Counted from the stretch's first letter, positions 29,589 through 38,989 are shown. The stretch: DNA of 64,000 nucleotides from an uncultured virus (IMG/VR IMGVR_UViG_3300028384_001589) (IMGVR_UViG_3300028384_001589), one strand, 5' to 3'. Notes: generated from the letters alone by a model not told the origin. Translations and numbers: made by a program.

Positions 29589-31397
29589 TTAATTTTTGAC
29601 TGTGATTAATGTAGCATATTCAGGCAAATATAGGTATTCTACGTCACTTTTAGCAAGTGTAGCAACAGCGTGATCTAATGTTTCTACCAAAGGATCACCA
29701 CCTAAATTAAAACTTGTGTTAAAGATAATAGGACATCCTGTTTTTTCTTTAAATGCTTTGATTAAATCATAATAGTGTGGATTCTGTTCTTTGTTTACTG
29801 TTTGAATTCGGCAGGTTCCGTCTACGTGAATAATAGCAGGAATCTTTTCTTCAATACCAGGCTGACAATTGACAGCATACATCATTGTAGGTGAACTTTT
29901 CATGCCACGCAAGTCAAACCATTCATGTACATCTTCTTCTAAGATACTTCCTGCAAATGGACGGAAGTATTCTCTACGCTTAACTTTATTAACATGATCT
30001 TTGCCATTTGGGTCTGTTGGATCGTACAAGAAACTTCTATTGCCTAATGCACGTGGGCCATTTTCAGAACGTCCTTGAAATACTGCAACAATATTTTTAT
30101 TTGTAATTAATTCAACCACATCTTTATGTTCAGCACTGCTTACTGTTGCTTCATATTTTTCTGCAACTTGTGTAATTTCTGAATCGCTGTAATGATATTG
30201 CGGTCCGTTGTACAATGTTTCTTTTTGTGGGTGTACTGTGTTGTCTTTGGTAATTGCCCTATGTTGTAACAGAGCCGCGCCCATTGCTGTGCCAGCATCA
30301 TTAGAAACAGGCTCAACGTATAAGTTAATACCTTCGTTTTCTAATTCTTTGAGATAGTAGTAATTTGCAACACAGTTTAGTCCGTAACCGCCACTAACAA
30401 CAACATTCTTTTTACCGCTCATCTTAACTGCTTTACGAATTAAGTTTGCAACTTGTTCTTGTGTTTGCGTTTGTACAGCATATGCCATATCTCTTCTATT
30501 GTTTAACTTAGTAACATCTTCATCTTGTCCTGTTCTATCTCTTAACGATTCAAAATAATTTCTATTAACATGAGCACCGTTAGGATATGTTGGAATAATC
30601 ATATTTCTATTTGACAACGGACTTGTTTGGTCATTAGTAAACAGTTTATATTCTCGGTTTAATTCACCATACGGAAAAAGTCCCATAGTTTTACCTGCTT
30701 CAATAAAACTAAAACCACAATAGTCTGTAACTGCTTCATATGTTTTAACAATACCAGCAGTTTCAGATAATACTACCTCAGGCACTTTACCTTCTTCACC
30801 AAAGAATCCTGCATCAAAGTCTTTAAACTCTGCACCAACAAGAGGTCCTCTTGTTCCTAAGTGTTTGTACAATGTTTTAAACATAGTAGGATATGCACAA
30901 TCAAAGATAGTTTCTGTTTCCCATAATGTTGTAGGAGGATTATGTTCACCATCTAAGTGTGCATCAAAAAATGTTCCTGCGCCGTCAACAATAACAGCAA
31001 CAGCATCGTCAAAACCAGAATTATAAAAACTTAGTGCCGCGTGTAGTTTGTGATGATAATAACTTAGATCAATTACTTGAGGATGATTTGGTAATAATTT
31101 AGTATCTCTATCAATTAATCCTAATTTACGTGCAAGACCTGTATAAACATCGTCTCCTGTAAAATCTACTTTGCCTGCTGTTTGTTCTAATCCTTGTGTA
31201 TGTGCTACTACAAGATAATCTAACTTGTCAGTGTAATCAAGAATCTTAATCATTGAAGCAAATGGTCCGCCGTCATATTTGTGTCTACTTAAACGTTCTT
31301 CTTCAATGCTAAAGACTACTTCTCCATTCTTAAGTAAACACACTCCTGCATTGTGTCCTCTTGCAATAGCGGCAATCCATAAATCTGGTTTTTTCAT
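29589..31397 (-). CDS. Carbamoyltransferase, CmcH/NodU/TobZ family
   Basis: GHNAG, EEERLSR.KYD, HHKLHA, VDGAG, GKTMGL.PYG, GG..LNCVAN, DAGTAMGAA, GPRALGNRS, KRREYFRPFA, HVDGTCRIQTV and NTSFN. Confidence 0.95.
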   Translation of the reverse strand: MKKPDLWIAAIARGHNAGVCLLKNGEVVFSIEEERLSRHKYDGGPFASMIKILDYTDKLDYLVVAHTQGLEQTAGKVDFTGDDVYTGLARKLGLIDRDTKLLPNHPQVIDLSYYHHKLHAALSFYNSGFDDAVAVIVDGAGTFFDAHLDGEHNPPTTLWETETIFDCAYPTMFKTLYKHLGTRGPLVGAEFKDFDAGFFGEEGKVPEVVLSETAGIVKTYEAVTDYCGFSFIEAGKTMGLFPYGELNREYKLFTNDQTSPLSNRNMIIPTYPNGAHVNRNYFESLRDRTGQDEDVTKLNNRRDMAYAVQTQTQEQVANLIRKAVKMSGKKNVVVSGGYGLNCVANYYYLKELENEGINLYVEPVSNDAGTAMGAALLQHRAITKDNTVHPQKETLYNGPQYHYSDSEITQVAEKYEATVSSAEHKDVVELITNKNIVAVFQGRSENGPRALGNRSFLYDPTDPNGKDHVNKVKRREYFRPFAGSILEEDVHEWFDLRGMKSSPTMMYAVNCQPGIEEKIPAIIHVDGTCRIQTVNKEQNPHYYDLIKAFKEKTGCPIIFNTSFNLGGDPLVETLDHAVATLAKSDVEYLYLPEYATLITVKN

Positions 31398-31398
31398 A

Positions 31399-32280
31399 TT
31401 AATATCCTACGTAACCTATATGACTGTATTCTACAATTTCTTTAAGAATACCTTCTTCAAAACTTATTAAGTCTTTGTTTGTTTCTTTTAGTGTGTCAAG
31501 TTTATTCATTGTATACTGTATTTTATCTGGAATTTTGTTTGTTAGTTTCAAACTTGGACGAATAATTTCTTTGTAATAATCAAAATGATGCCAATGACTG
31601 GGATGTAATTCTGTCCAATCTTTTTTAGTATTAGGATCGTAAAAAGAATACAATTGATCCTGCCTATTCCATGCAAAAATGCCTAACGGTTCTAAAAAAT
31701 CATCTCTGTTATATACAGAAAATTTAGGATTAGTATCTAACACATTTATTTTTTCTTGTGTTTTTTCTCCAAAACCCGGAGCATCTGGCATATCTGTTCC
31801 TAATTTATTCATATCACTAATTGACAACATTTTGTAATTGCAACCTATGCTATCTAACAATCCCCTTACAAGCACTATATTGTTTTGACCATACATATAA
31901 TAACTTTCTTCACTCCAGAAATTATTCAACCAATTATCATCAAAACAAATTTCTCTATTCATATAGTTAAAAATACTGCCTTTTGTTTTCCAGCCTGTGT
32001 CGTCTGTGTTTCTTACAGGATCACCTCTTTGGTTTAATTTAACTTCTTTGAACGTGTGCCAATCATGCCTAATGTGTGTTGTCCATTGAACAATAATTGT
32101 GTCATCTTTTGTAAACTTATTTTTTGCATTACACTCTGCTACTCGCTGTGCTATTGCTCTATTACCTAATCCAGGAAATCCCCAATTCTCATAATGATCA
32201 AACTCCATGCCAAGAAAGTCTGCATATGTAGGCCATGCATACATTGTAAAACTACAGCCAAATGCAAATAATCTCTTCAT
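31399..32280 (-). CDS. SGNH-like hydrolase/acyltransferase-fold protein, paralogue 1
   Basis: FGCSFT (GxS block I), G.GN (block II), IVQWT and late HPS motif. Paralogous to the next ORF. Confidence 0.65.
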   Translation of the reverse strand: MKRLFAFGCSFTMYAWPTYADFLGMEFDHYENWGFPGLGNRAIAQRVAECNAKNKFTKDDTIIVQWTTHIRHDWHTFKEVKLNQRGDPVRNTDDTGWKTKGSIFNYMNREICFDDNWLNNFWSEESYYMYGQNNIVLVRGLLDSIGCNYKMLSISDMNKLGTDMPDAPGFGEKTQEKINVLDTNPKFSVYNRDDFLEPLGIFAWNRQDQLYSFYDPNTKKDWTELHPSHWHHFDYYKEIIRPSLKLTNKIPDKIQYTMNKLDTLKETNKDLISFEEGILKEIVEYSHIGYVGY

Positions 32281-33173
32281 TAAAATCCTCTATACATTGG
32301 TTCGTGCTTTACTGCTTTACTAACTTCTTCTTGAAATGTTAAGAAGTTAGATTCGTTTAACTTAATATCTTCAATAGTATTACTAATTTTATTTTTATAT
32401 TCTGTTAAATCTATACCTAAATTTACAATCTGGTCTGCATAGTTAAAATGTTGTTTATGGCTTGGATGTACTTCTAACCACTTGCCGTTGTCTCCGTCAA
32501 ACTCGTAACTATCATTTTGATGTTTCCAACTGTATGTACCAATTGGTTCTAACCAATTAGGATGTTCTAAAACACTTTTATAAATTTCTAATTCTGGTTT
32601 GCTGTTATAAATGTTATCTTGGTCTGATATATTTTCATCATGTGCATTTGGAATGTCGGTACACATCTTTGCAAAATCTCCAATGCTTGTCATATACCAA
32701 TCACACTGTGTACTATCTAATAGTCCTTGTGTTAAACTCATATCATTTAAACTATACATCAAGTAACTGTGTTCGTCCCAGAATGTGTTTACCCATTTAT
32801 CATTATAAACAAACTGTCTGTTGTTAGGATTAAAAATACTGCCTTGTGTTTTCCAACCTATTTGATTGTTTTTTCTAAACCATACGTGTAAAAAACTTTT
32901 AGTGTCAAATTGCATAGGAACAAAAGTATGATAATCGTTCCTTATATGTGTGCTCCACTGTACAATTACTACATCGTCTTTTGTAAATTTATTTTTTGCA
33001 TGACATTCTGCTACACGTTCTGCAATGGCACGGTTTCCTAAACCTGGAAATGCCCAATTTTCGTATACTTCAAAATGATCACCAAGGATATCTGCATACG
33101 TAGGCCACGCATACATTGTAAAACTACAACCGAAAGTAAAAAGTCTACGATGCTTTGTCGAGTTCGCTGGCAT
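32280..33173 (-). CDS. SGNH-like hydrolase/acyltransferase-fold protein, paralogue 2
   Basis: Shares FGCSFTMYAWPTYAD, FPGLGNRAIA.RVAEC.AKNKFTKDD, GWKT.GSIFN and HPSH with the previous ORF. Start uncertain (33173 or 33197). Confidence 0.65.
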   Translation of the reverse strand: MPANSTKHRRLFTFGCSFTMYAWPTYADILGDHFEVYENWAFPGLGNRAIAERVAECHAKNKFTKDDVVIVQWSTHIRNDYHTFVPMQFDTKSFLHVWFRKNNQIGWKTQGSIFNPNNRQFVYNDKWVNTFWDEHSYLMYSLNDMSLTQGLLDSTQCDWYMTSIGDFAKMCTDIPNAHDENISDQDNIYNSKPELEIYKSVLEHPNWLEPIGTYSWKHQNDSYEFDGDNGKWLEVHPSHKQHFNYADQIVNLGIDLTEYKNKISNTIEDIKLNESNFLTFQEEVSKAVKHEPMYRGF

Positions 33174-34131
33174 CTGGGATTTCGACACGTTTTCCATCTT
33201 TAATCATACTATGCACTGACTTGACTACAATATCTTCTACTGTATCATTCATTGCCATAATACCTTCATTGGTTCTGTCTGAGAATTCGTCCATTGTAAT
33301 TCTAATTGGAGAATATACTCTTGCGCCTTCGCCCATATCAAGAATATCAAAATTTGTATTGTCTGGATAAGAAATATTTTCTTTAAATGTAGATCCAATA
33401 ACAACTGTTGCTTTTTTATCAAGTGCATAAGCAATGTGTTGACCAACACTATCACAACCTAAGAAATGATCTGCGGCATGAATTATACCTGCCCAGAATC
33501 TTAATTCAATATTTTGTGGAATTGCAACTGGTTCTTCTACTCCATGTTTGTTGAATTCAATAGCAATTTCACTCATAAAAATAATACCGTAGTCTTTGCT
33601 TAATTTTTTAATAATGTTTACTACATTTTCTGGTTCAAAACTTCTACCGCTTGGGTCAGCAATCATGCCGTTCTCATGCATAGTTCCTCTACCAAAAGGT
33701 TGAAATACTACAATCTTATCTTTTTTAGTTTTTTCTTTTACTTCTTGAATTAATTTTTGTCCTGTCATTACTTCTTGTTGACTAAGTTTAATTGTAGGAC
33801 GAGGTAATTCTCTTACACCTTTATTGTTAATTTCAATATCATAGCACTGTGCTAAACTTGCTTGTTGATTATAATATTCAAAAACTCTATAAGGTTCTGG
33901 TGTTACAAGATTCATATCTTTTAACTTGTCTTCAAACAAATTTTTATGCCAAACATCGTATGCTTTTTTATGTAAAATTGGATGGCCTTTGTAGAAGTCT
34001 GTGCCACCTTCGCATACTAAGATAAAATCGTCATCTGGGTTTTCTTCGTGATATTTTTCAAGTGCAGGAATACTGGTAATAACCCTTCCTGCTCCACCGT
34101 TAATAAAAAAGGCTGTATTTCTTTTTGACAT
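33145..34131 (-). CDS. Glycosyltransferase family 9 (heptosyltransferase-like)
   Basis: N-terminal GGAGRVITSIPAL, central VFQPFG, and C-terminal AADHFLGCDSVGQHIAYALDKKATVVIGST matching the GT9 DSG..H.A.AL..P.V..FG.T signature. Confidence 0.8.
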   Translation of the reverse strand: MSKRNTAFFINGGAGRVITSIPALEKYHEENPDDDFILVCEGGTDFYKGHPILHKKAYDVWHKNLFEDKLKDMNLVTPEPYRVFEYYNQQASLAQCYDIEINNKGVRELPRPTIKLSQQEVMTGQKLIQEVKEKTKKDKIVVFQPFGRGTMHENGMIADPSGRSFEPENVVNIIKKLSKDYGIIFMSEIAIEFNKHGVEEPVAIPQNIELRFWAGIIHAADHFLGCDSVGQHIAYALDKKATVVIGSTFKENISYPDNTNFDILDMGEGARVYSPIRITMDEFSDRTNEGIMAMNDTVEDIVVKSVHSMIKDGKRVEIPDASELDKAS

Positions 34132-34158
34132 TCTAATTAATTCCTTTGTTGCAATTAC

Positions 34159-34992
34159 TTATTGTGTGTTAATTATATCGTTCTCTTTCTTGACATAGTC
34201 CCAATAAAAATGTTGTTGACCTGTCCTTGGCACTTTTACTTGCCATTCTCCGTTATGTATTACGCCACTTTGAGAACTTGTAGGTAGTTCACGGTTTTCA
34301 CCGAATTTATCGCAACAACTATCAACAGTAATAATTGGAATACCATATGTATGACTCATCATTCTTAAATGCACATCATGCCAATCCATCCAAAGTTGAT
34401 CAGCATCATTTCCTCTGTCACCATTTGTACTGTGTAATATTAAATTTACAGAATGAATACTTGCCATTAAAGGCAAACTCGGAGCATTAAATCTAAATCC
34501 ATTACCCCAAAAGTCATTACAGATCATACCGCAGGTACGTACACCATCAAGATAGTGTGTTTTTGTTGTGCCTGGAGGATCTGCTAATACTTGATCCCAA
34601 CTGTGATGTGGACTATCTTCTCCACCTACAATGTACTGTTTGTTTGTTGCACCTAATAGTTCGCCTTGTTTATCATAATATCTAATTTGGTTTCTTCTAA
34701 TTGTGCCTCTGTGTTCTATATCTACCCATAATGTGCCTAATGCAATACCCATACCTTTTTTATTTGCATATGAAACTACTTCAAAAACTGCCTTTGCAAG
34801 ATCAGATACACCATTTGGTAATACTAAATCAAAACTTGGAAAATAACCTGATAATGAACCTTCAGGAGTTAATAGCCAGTCGCAATTATTTTCTTCTGCC
34901 CAGTCTATTGCTTTGAGAATTGCTTGTTTGTTTTCTTCGAGATTTTGTGTTACAGGTATTTGAGCACCCGCAAATCTAACTGTATTGTTCAT
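34159..34992 (-). CDS. Carbon-nitrogen hydrolase (nitrilase superfamily)
   Basis: Glu-Lys-Cys triad contexts TPEGSLSGY, NKQ and ICNDFW. TAAATA upstream near 34998-35003. Confidence 0.88.
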   Translation of the reverse strand: MNNTVRFAGAQIPVTQNLEENKQAILKAIDWAEENNCDWLLTPEGSLSGYFPSFDLVLPNGVSDLAKAVFEVVSYANKKGMGIALGTLWVDIEHRGTIRRNQIRYYDKQGELLGATNKQYIVGGEDSPHHSWDQVLADPPGTTKTHYLDGVRTCGMICNDFWGNGFRFNAPSLPLMASIHSVNLILHSTNGDRGNDADQLWMDWHDVHLRMMSHTYGIPIITVDSCCDKFGENRELPTSSQSGVIHNGEWQVKVPRTGQQHFYWDYVKKENDIINTQ

Positions 34993-35036
34993 ACAATTAT
35001 TTAATTATGCGGGTGTGTAATTTTTTTAGATTTGGA

Positions 35037-35996
35037 TTATGCAGTTCCGCAAGGTGAACGCGGAGTATCTACCTTCCATGCCGCGTAACGTTGACACTTG
35101 TGTACTCTAAATGTAGCATCTGCGCCAGCGCCTGCACCGTCAGCAACTGCTTCATATGTGTATGTAACATTAGCAAAATCTTTTGCCGCTCTACCTACAA
35201 CAATATCGTTACCATCGTTGACTGCCTGGTTACCGCTTAATGTTAATGCTGTTATAGCACCGCCGTCTACTGTCTTAACTGTTGCAACAAGTTCGTCTGC
35301 AATGATATAATCTTCTAATTCGCTTGCCGCAAATTTAATCTTATCACCAACTTCATAACCTGTGCCGCCGGCAGTAATTTCAACATCAAAACTATCACCA
35401 AATAATACAGGAATATCTCTTAGAGTTTGACGATACTCATTCCATGAATCTTGTAATGACTGTGGCATATCTGCATTTACTTTATCATCACTCCATTGTA
35501 GTAATGAAGTTCTGTGTCTACGCAAGTGAGCCCATTTAACGTGTGGTTGTTTCCACGGATAATGTGGTGTACCACCGTTTGTTGAACTTGCTACTTTGAT
35601 AAACTCGTTGTTAGAATTACATTCTATATCAAACTTTTCATATGTATGATCTGGTGGTGGATCTTGATATGTCCAATATGTTACACCGTTTGGTAATGTT
35701 TCTTCAATTAACTCATGCTCATCATCGTCAACATCACATTCCATAAGTGAACAAATAATTGGATTTTCGTTACAGTCAACAAGAACTTTTCTTAGGTTAC
35801 TTGCTGGTGTAAAGTCCATACCTTCTTCTTCTTCCATATATGCATCTGGTGAAATTCTATTTGTTACATTGTCAATGAATACCCACATAGTGTCTGGACC
35901 TTCATATGTATGTTCACCAGTTAATTGCTGATTGTCAAATTGTCCAAGATACTCATCTGGTTTAGGATATGTAAATGTTTTTCTAATATGTGCCAT
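35037..35996 (-). CDS. Tail fibre assembly (Tfa-like) chaperone with inserted fibre-type module
   Basis: W..LR..R..LL..SD....D.P......W..YRQ.LRD.P motif. Paralogue of 37501-38220. Confidence 0.75.
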   Translation of the reverse strand: MAHIRKTFTYPKPDEYLGQFDNQQLTGEHTYEGPDTMWVFIDNVTNRISPDAYMEEEEGMDFTPASNLRKVLVDCNENPIICSLMECDVDDDEHELIEETLPNGVTYWTYQDPPPDHTYEKFDIECNSNNEFIKVASSTNGGTPHYPWKQPHVKWAHLRRHRTSLLQWSDDKVNADMPQSLQDSWNEYRQTLRDIPVLFGDSFDVEITAGGTGYEVGDKIKFAASELEDYIIADELVATVKTVDGGAITALTLSGNQAVNDGNDIVVGRAAKDFANVTYTYEAVADGAGAGADATFRVHKCQRYAAWKVDTPRSPCGTA

Positions 35997-36006
35997 CGTT
36001 TTCCTC

Positions 36007-36729
36007 TTAGTAATATACCACGTACACTAATCCGCCTGCTCCTGGAGATCCACAACAGCAAACTTCACCATATGCCTGTGCCGACATTCCGCCGCCACCT
36101 GGGAATAAACCAAAGCCTTGCGATCCTCCCCAAGCACAACAACCATTAGGGCCGTTTCTAAATCCTGGGTTACCATACGAACCAGTTGTCATCATATTAC
36201 CTCTATCATGACAGTATTGGCTCAACTGTGATGTACCTTGTGTCACAGCAACACCGAAGTCCATACCACTGTGTCCGTGAACACAATATCTCATTCTACA
36301 ACATGAATAACAAGTTCTATACATGAAACATTCAGTTCTTAAAACTCTACCTCCACACGCTCTTGCACACCAGTTACCTGATCTACATACGTATGAATCA
36401 CAACCTCTTTGACAGTTTCCTCTTTGTCTACAGCAAGTTGAACCTGCCGCACAAATTGTGTATTGTTGACCTGGACTAACATCTACTGCTCTTTGTCCAT
36501 ATGTTCCACCTGATGATGGATATCCCATTTGACAGCAACAAGCGCCTTCACCTGCGGCACCTCCGCCCCAAATTTCAAATGTTGCATATGCTACTCCTGC
36601 TGGAACAGTCCACAAACAGCATCTTCCACCGTTGTTTGGAGTAGTAGTGTTGGTATTATATACTGCAAATTCCTGTGGAATTGCTTTCGGGTCATCGTAA
36701 CCAAACAAAAAATCTCTTAAACTTGACAT
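36007..36729 (-). CDS. Cys-rich, glycine-rich-domain adhesin-like protein 3
   Basis: WTVPAG..FEIWGGG, FPGGGG and GAGGLV framework. 24 Cys in 240 aa by manual count. Confidence 0.75.
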   Translation of the reverse strand: MSSLRDFLFGYDDPKAIPQEFAVYNTNTTTPNNGGRCCLWTVPAGVAYATFEIWGGGAAGEGACCCQMGYPSSGGTYGQRAVDVSPGQQYTICAAGSTCCRQRGNCQRGCDSYVCRSGNWCARACGGRVLRTECFMYRTCYSCCRMRYCVHGHSGMDFGVAVTQGTSQLSQYCHDRGNMMTTGSYGNPGFRNGPNGCCAWGGSQGFGLFPGGGGMSAQAYGEVCCCGSPGAGGLVYVVYY

Positions 36730-36744
36730 ACTACTATTTACTCC

Positions 36745-37485
36745 TTATGTTGACGTATAGTATACTGTTACTAATCCGCCCATTCCTTTTGCTCCACAGT
36801 AACAAGTTTCGTTATGTGTTACACCTGAAGCGCCGCCGCCCCCTGGGAACACGCCATGATCACCTTGACCTTGTCCATCTGTTTTATAACAGCCTGAACG
36901 TGACATTCTTGTGTGTGATGTAAATGGTGCACTTGGTATAAACTGGTGCATATCTGATGCACAGTGAGCAGAGCCATGTCCGCCTCCTGTTGTACCACAA
37001 ATTGCTAATGTAGCACCGTTAACACATCCACAGTTAAACATTTGACATCCGCTGTATGAACAGTTTTGACTCCAAAAACATTTTGAAGCCGCTTCTGAAC
37101 CACCCGATGAACACATACAAAATCCGTTTGGTCCACAAACATAACTTGGAAATCCTCTGCATGAATAACATCTTGAGTGACAACAAGTTGATCCTGCCGC
37201 ACAGATTGTAAACTGCTCACCTGCATCAACTTCGATAATACGTCTTCCGTAAGAACCAGAACCGCCGGACCATCCCTGCTGACAACAACAAACGCCAGCA
37301 CCAGGACCACCACCGCCCCAAACTTCAAAGGCCGCCCAAGTAGCACCCGCAGGTACTGTCCATTGACAGCATCTTCCTCCGTTGTTTTGAGTAGTAATAT
37401 TTGTGTTATAAACACGTAAACTTCTCAACGGAGTGGAGCCTGTTGATGTAGTACCGTACTGTAATAGTGTTCTTAAACTTGACAT
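36745..37485 (-). CDS. Cys-rich, glycine-rich-domain adhesin-like protein 2
   Basis: Same framework (NGGRCC.WTVPA, FEVWGGGG, CCCQ, TICAAGSTCC, FPGGGG). 23 Cys in 246 aa. Confidence 0.75.
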   Translation of the reverse strand: MSSLRTLLQYGTTSTGSTPLRSLRVYNTNITTQNNGGRCCQWTVPAGATWAAFEVWGGGGPGAGVCCCQQGWSGGSGSYGRRIIEVDAGEQFTICAAGSTCCHSRCYSCRGFPSYVCGPNGFCMCSSGGSEAASKCFWSQNCSYSGCQMFNCGCVNGATLAICGTTGGGHGSAHCASDMHQFIPSAPFTSHTRMSRSGCYKTDGQGQGDHGVFPGGGGASGVTHNETCYCGAKGMGGLVTVYYTST

Positions 37486-37500
37486 ATTCTACTGCTCCTT

Positions 37501-38220
37501 TTATCTCGGTGGGTTATCGTCTGCATCCACCGGCGCAATATCAGCACCTGGTTCTACTGGAAAATTAACCATGTAGGCCGGAATTTCATCGTCTGTTCCG
37601 TAACCAAATGTTGCTGGTAAATCACGCAATGCTTGTCTGTAATCTAACCATTGTTGCTTAACTGCCGCAGGCATATCGTCAGCAATTTTACTGTCCGAAC
37701 CTGCTAATCCATTATTTCTAACTGCAATTAATTGTTCCCATGATGTCCACGGTTGCTTCCATTGCATTGTCCATGTGCCGCCTACATACTTACCATCTGT
37801 TAGTGTTCCATCCATATTGTATGTACACATATCTAATTCATATGTATGATCAACATCTGTTGGATCTGGTCTTTCGTATGTAGTACCATCTGGTAAATTA
37901 ACTACAATATTTGTTTGTCCTTGTACAGTGTCCCATTCTACTTTTGCATCAAACAATGAGCAAAGCACAGGATCAGTTGCACAGTTAATTTCTACTTTGT
38001 ACTGATCTTCTGGTACAGGAAAATCTGCACCATTTTCTTCTTCTGTTAGTACAAGACGTGATGTATCTGAACGTCCTGTATCTCTATCAATGAATACCCA
38101 AATTTTATCTGGCCCGTTATACTCAGCAGTTGCGGTTCTCCCGTCATCATTTGTTTGGGCAAGATAGTCATCGGGCAAATCATATGTAAATGTCTGTGTA
38201 ATATTTGTGTTACTTGGCAT
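37501..38220 (-). CDS. Tail fibre assembly (Tfa-like) chaperone
   Basis: WEQLIAVRNNGLAGSD...DMP...QWLDYRQALRDLP. N-domain (TFTY..PD.YL.Q, Y.GPD..WVFID, PDHTYE-like) is shared with 35037-35996. Confidence 0.78.
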   Translation of the reverse strand: MPSNTNITQTFTYDLPDDYLAQTNDDGRTATAEYNGPDKIWVFIDRDTGRSDTSRLVLTEEENGADFPVPEDQYKVEINCATDPVLCSLFDAKVEWDTVQGQTNIVVNLPDGTTYERPDPTDVDHTYELDMCTYNMDGTLTDGKYVGGTWTMQWKQPWTSWEQLIAVRNNGLAGSDSKIADDMPAAVKQQWLDYRQALRDLPATFGYGTDDEIPAYMVNFPVEPGADIAPVDADDNPPR

Positions 38221-38240
38221 TTTTTATCTCCATTTCCTTA

Positions 38241-38972
38241 TTAACTATAACTTACTTTTACCGCACCTGCTTGACCCCAGCCGCCCCAGCAACAAGGTTC
38301 TCCACAGGCCGCTCCGCCGCCGCCACCCCCTCCGGGGAATTCTGCTAAACAGTGGAAACATGAGCCAGTGTTGGTAAAGTTACCAGCACACCAGTCTCTT
38401 GATCTTCTTGCATGACCAAACAGTGGAGTACCTCCTGTAAAGTTCCACATTTGGTTATGACAATATTGACTTCTCTTTGAACTTCCAGATACTTGTGGAA
38501 GTCCCCAATCACCTGTACCACATTGCCACACAAAACTTGGGTGACAAGTGTATGCGTCAGTGAAACAACACGCTTTACCAGCACAGCCACCTGGTGCACA
38601 GGTAGTAGGAATACTTGAACCTGTTACAAAACTTGGATAGCCATTTCCGCCAATACATCCGAAACAGCAACATACTGTTGAACCGCCTGCACAGATTGTA
38701 TATTGACATCCTGCTGTACTTTGAATAGTTCTAATAGCATAACTTCCGCCTGCCGCTGGTCTATTTGGAAACTGACAACAGCAACCGCCGTGACCGCCTC
38801 CACCGCCGCCCCATAGTTCAAACGTTACGTTTATAGTGCTGGCAGGTACCGTCCACAAACAACAACGACCACCGTTGCCGATGCTGTCTGATTCGTTCCA
38901 CACCCAAAACTGTCTTTGTACGCCTGACTTTGTAGGTTCAACGTCACTAAGTAATCCTCTAAGTGTTGCCAT
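38241..38972 (-). CDS. Cys-rich, glycine-rich-domain adhesin-like protein 1
   Basis: NGGRCCLWTVPA, FELWGGGGGG, CCCQ and FPGGGGGG. 24 Cys in 243 aa. Confidence 0.75.
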   Translation of the reverse strand: MATLRGLLSDVEPTKSGVQRQFWVWNESDSIGNGGRCCLWTVPASTINVTFELWGGGGGGHGGCCCQFPNRPAAGGSYAIRTIQSTAGCQYTICAGGSTVCCCFGCIGGNGYPSFVTGSSIPTTCAPGGCAGKACCFTDAYTCHPSFVWQCGTGDWGLPQVSGSSKRSQYCHNQMWNFTGGTPLFGHARRSRDWCAGNFTNTGSCFHCLAEFPGGGGGGGAACGEPCCWGGWGQAGAVKVSYS

Positions 38973-38989
38973 GCTATATACTTCCTATC

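Noticed and set aside
29589..34131. DNA hypermodification role for the GT9 and carbamoyltransferase
   Set aside because: Not excluded, but disfavoured: the genes lie in the late tail-fibre block with no base hydroxymethylase or other DNA-modification genes in this window.
36007..38972. Diversity-generating retroelement or invertible cassette acting on the adhesin paralogues
   Set aside because: No reverse transcriptase or invertase in the window, and no near-identical template/variable repeat pair differing at adenines or flanking inverted repeats seen by eye.
36007..38972. RiPP precursors or selenoproteins
   Set aside because: They are 240-aa proteins with a fibre-tip scaffold and Tfa partners. 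No YcaO, radical SAM or lanthipeptide enzymes lie nearby, and there are no in-frame TGA codons.
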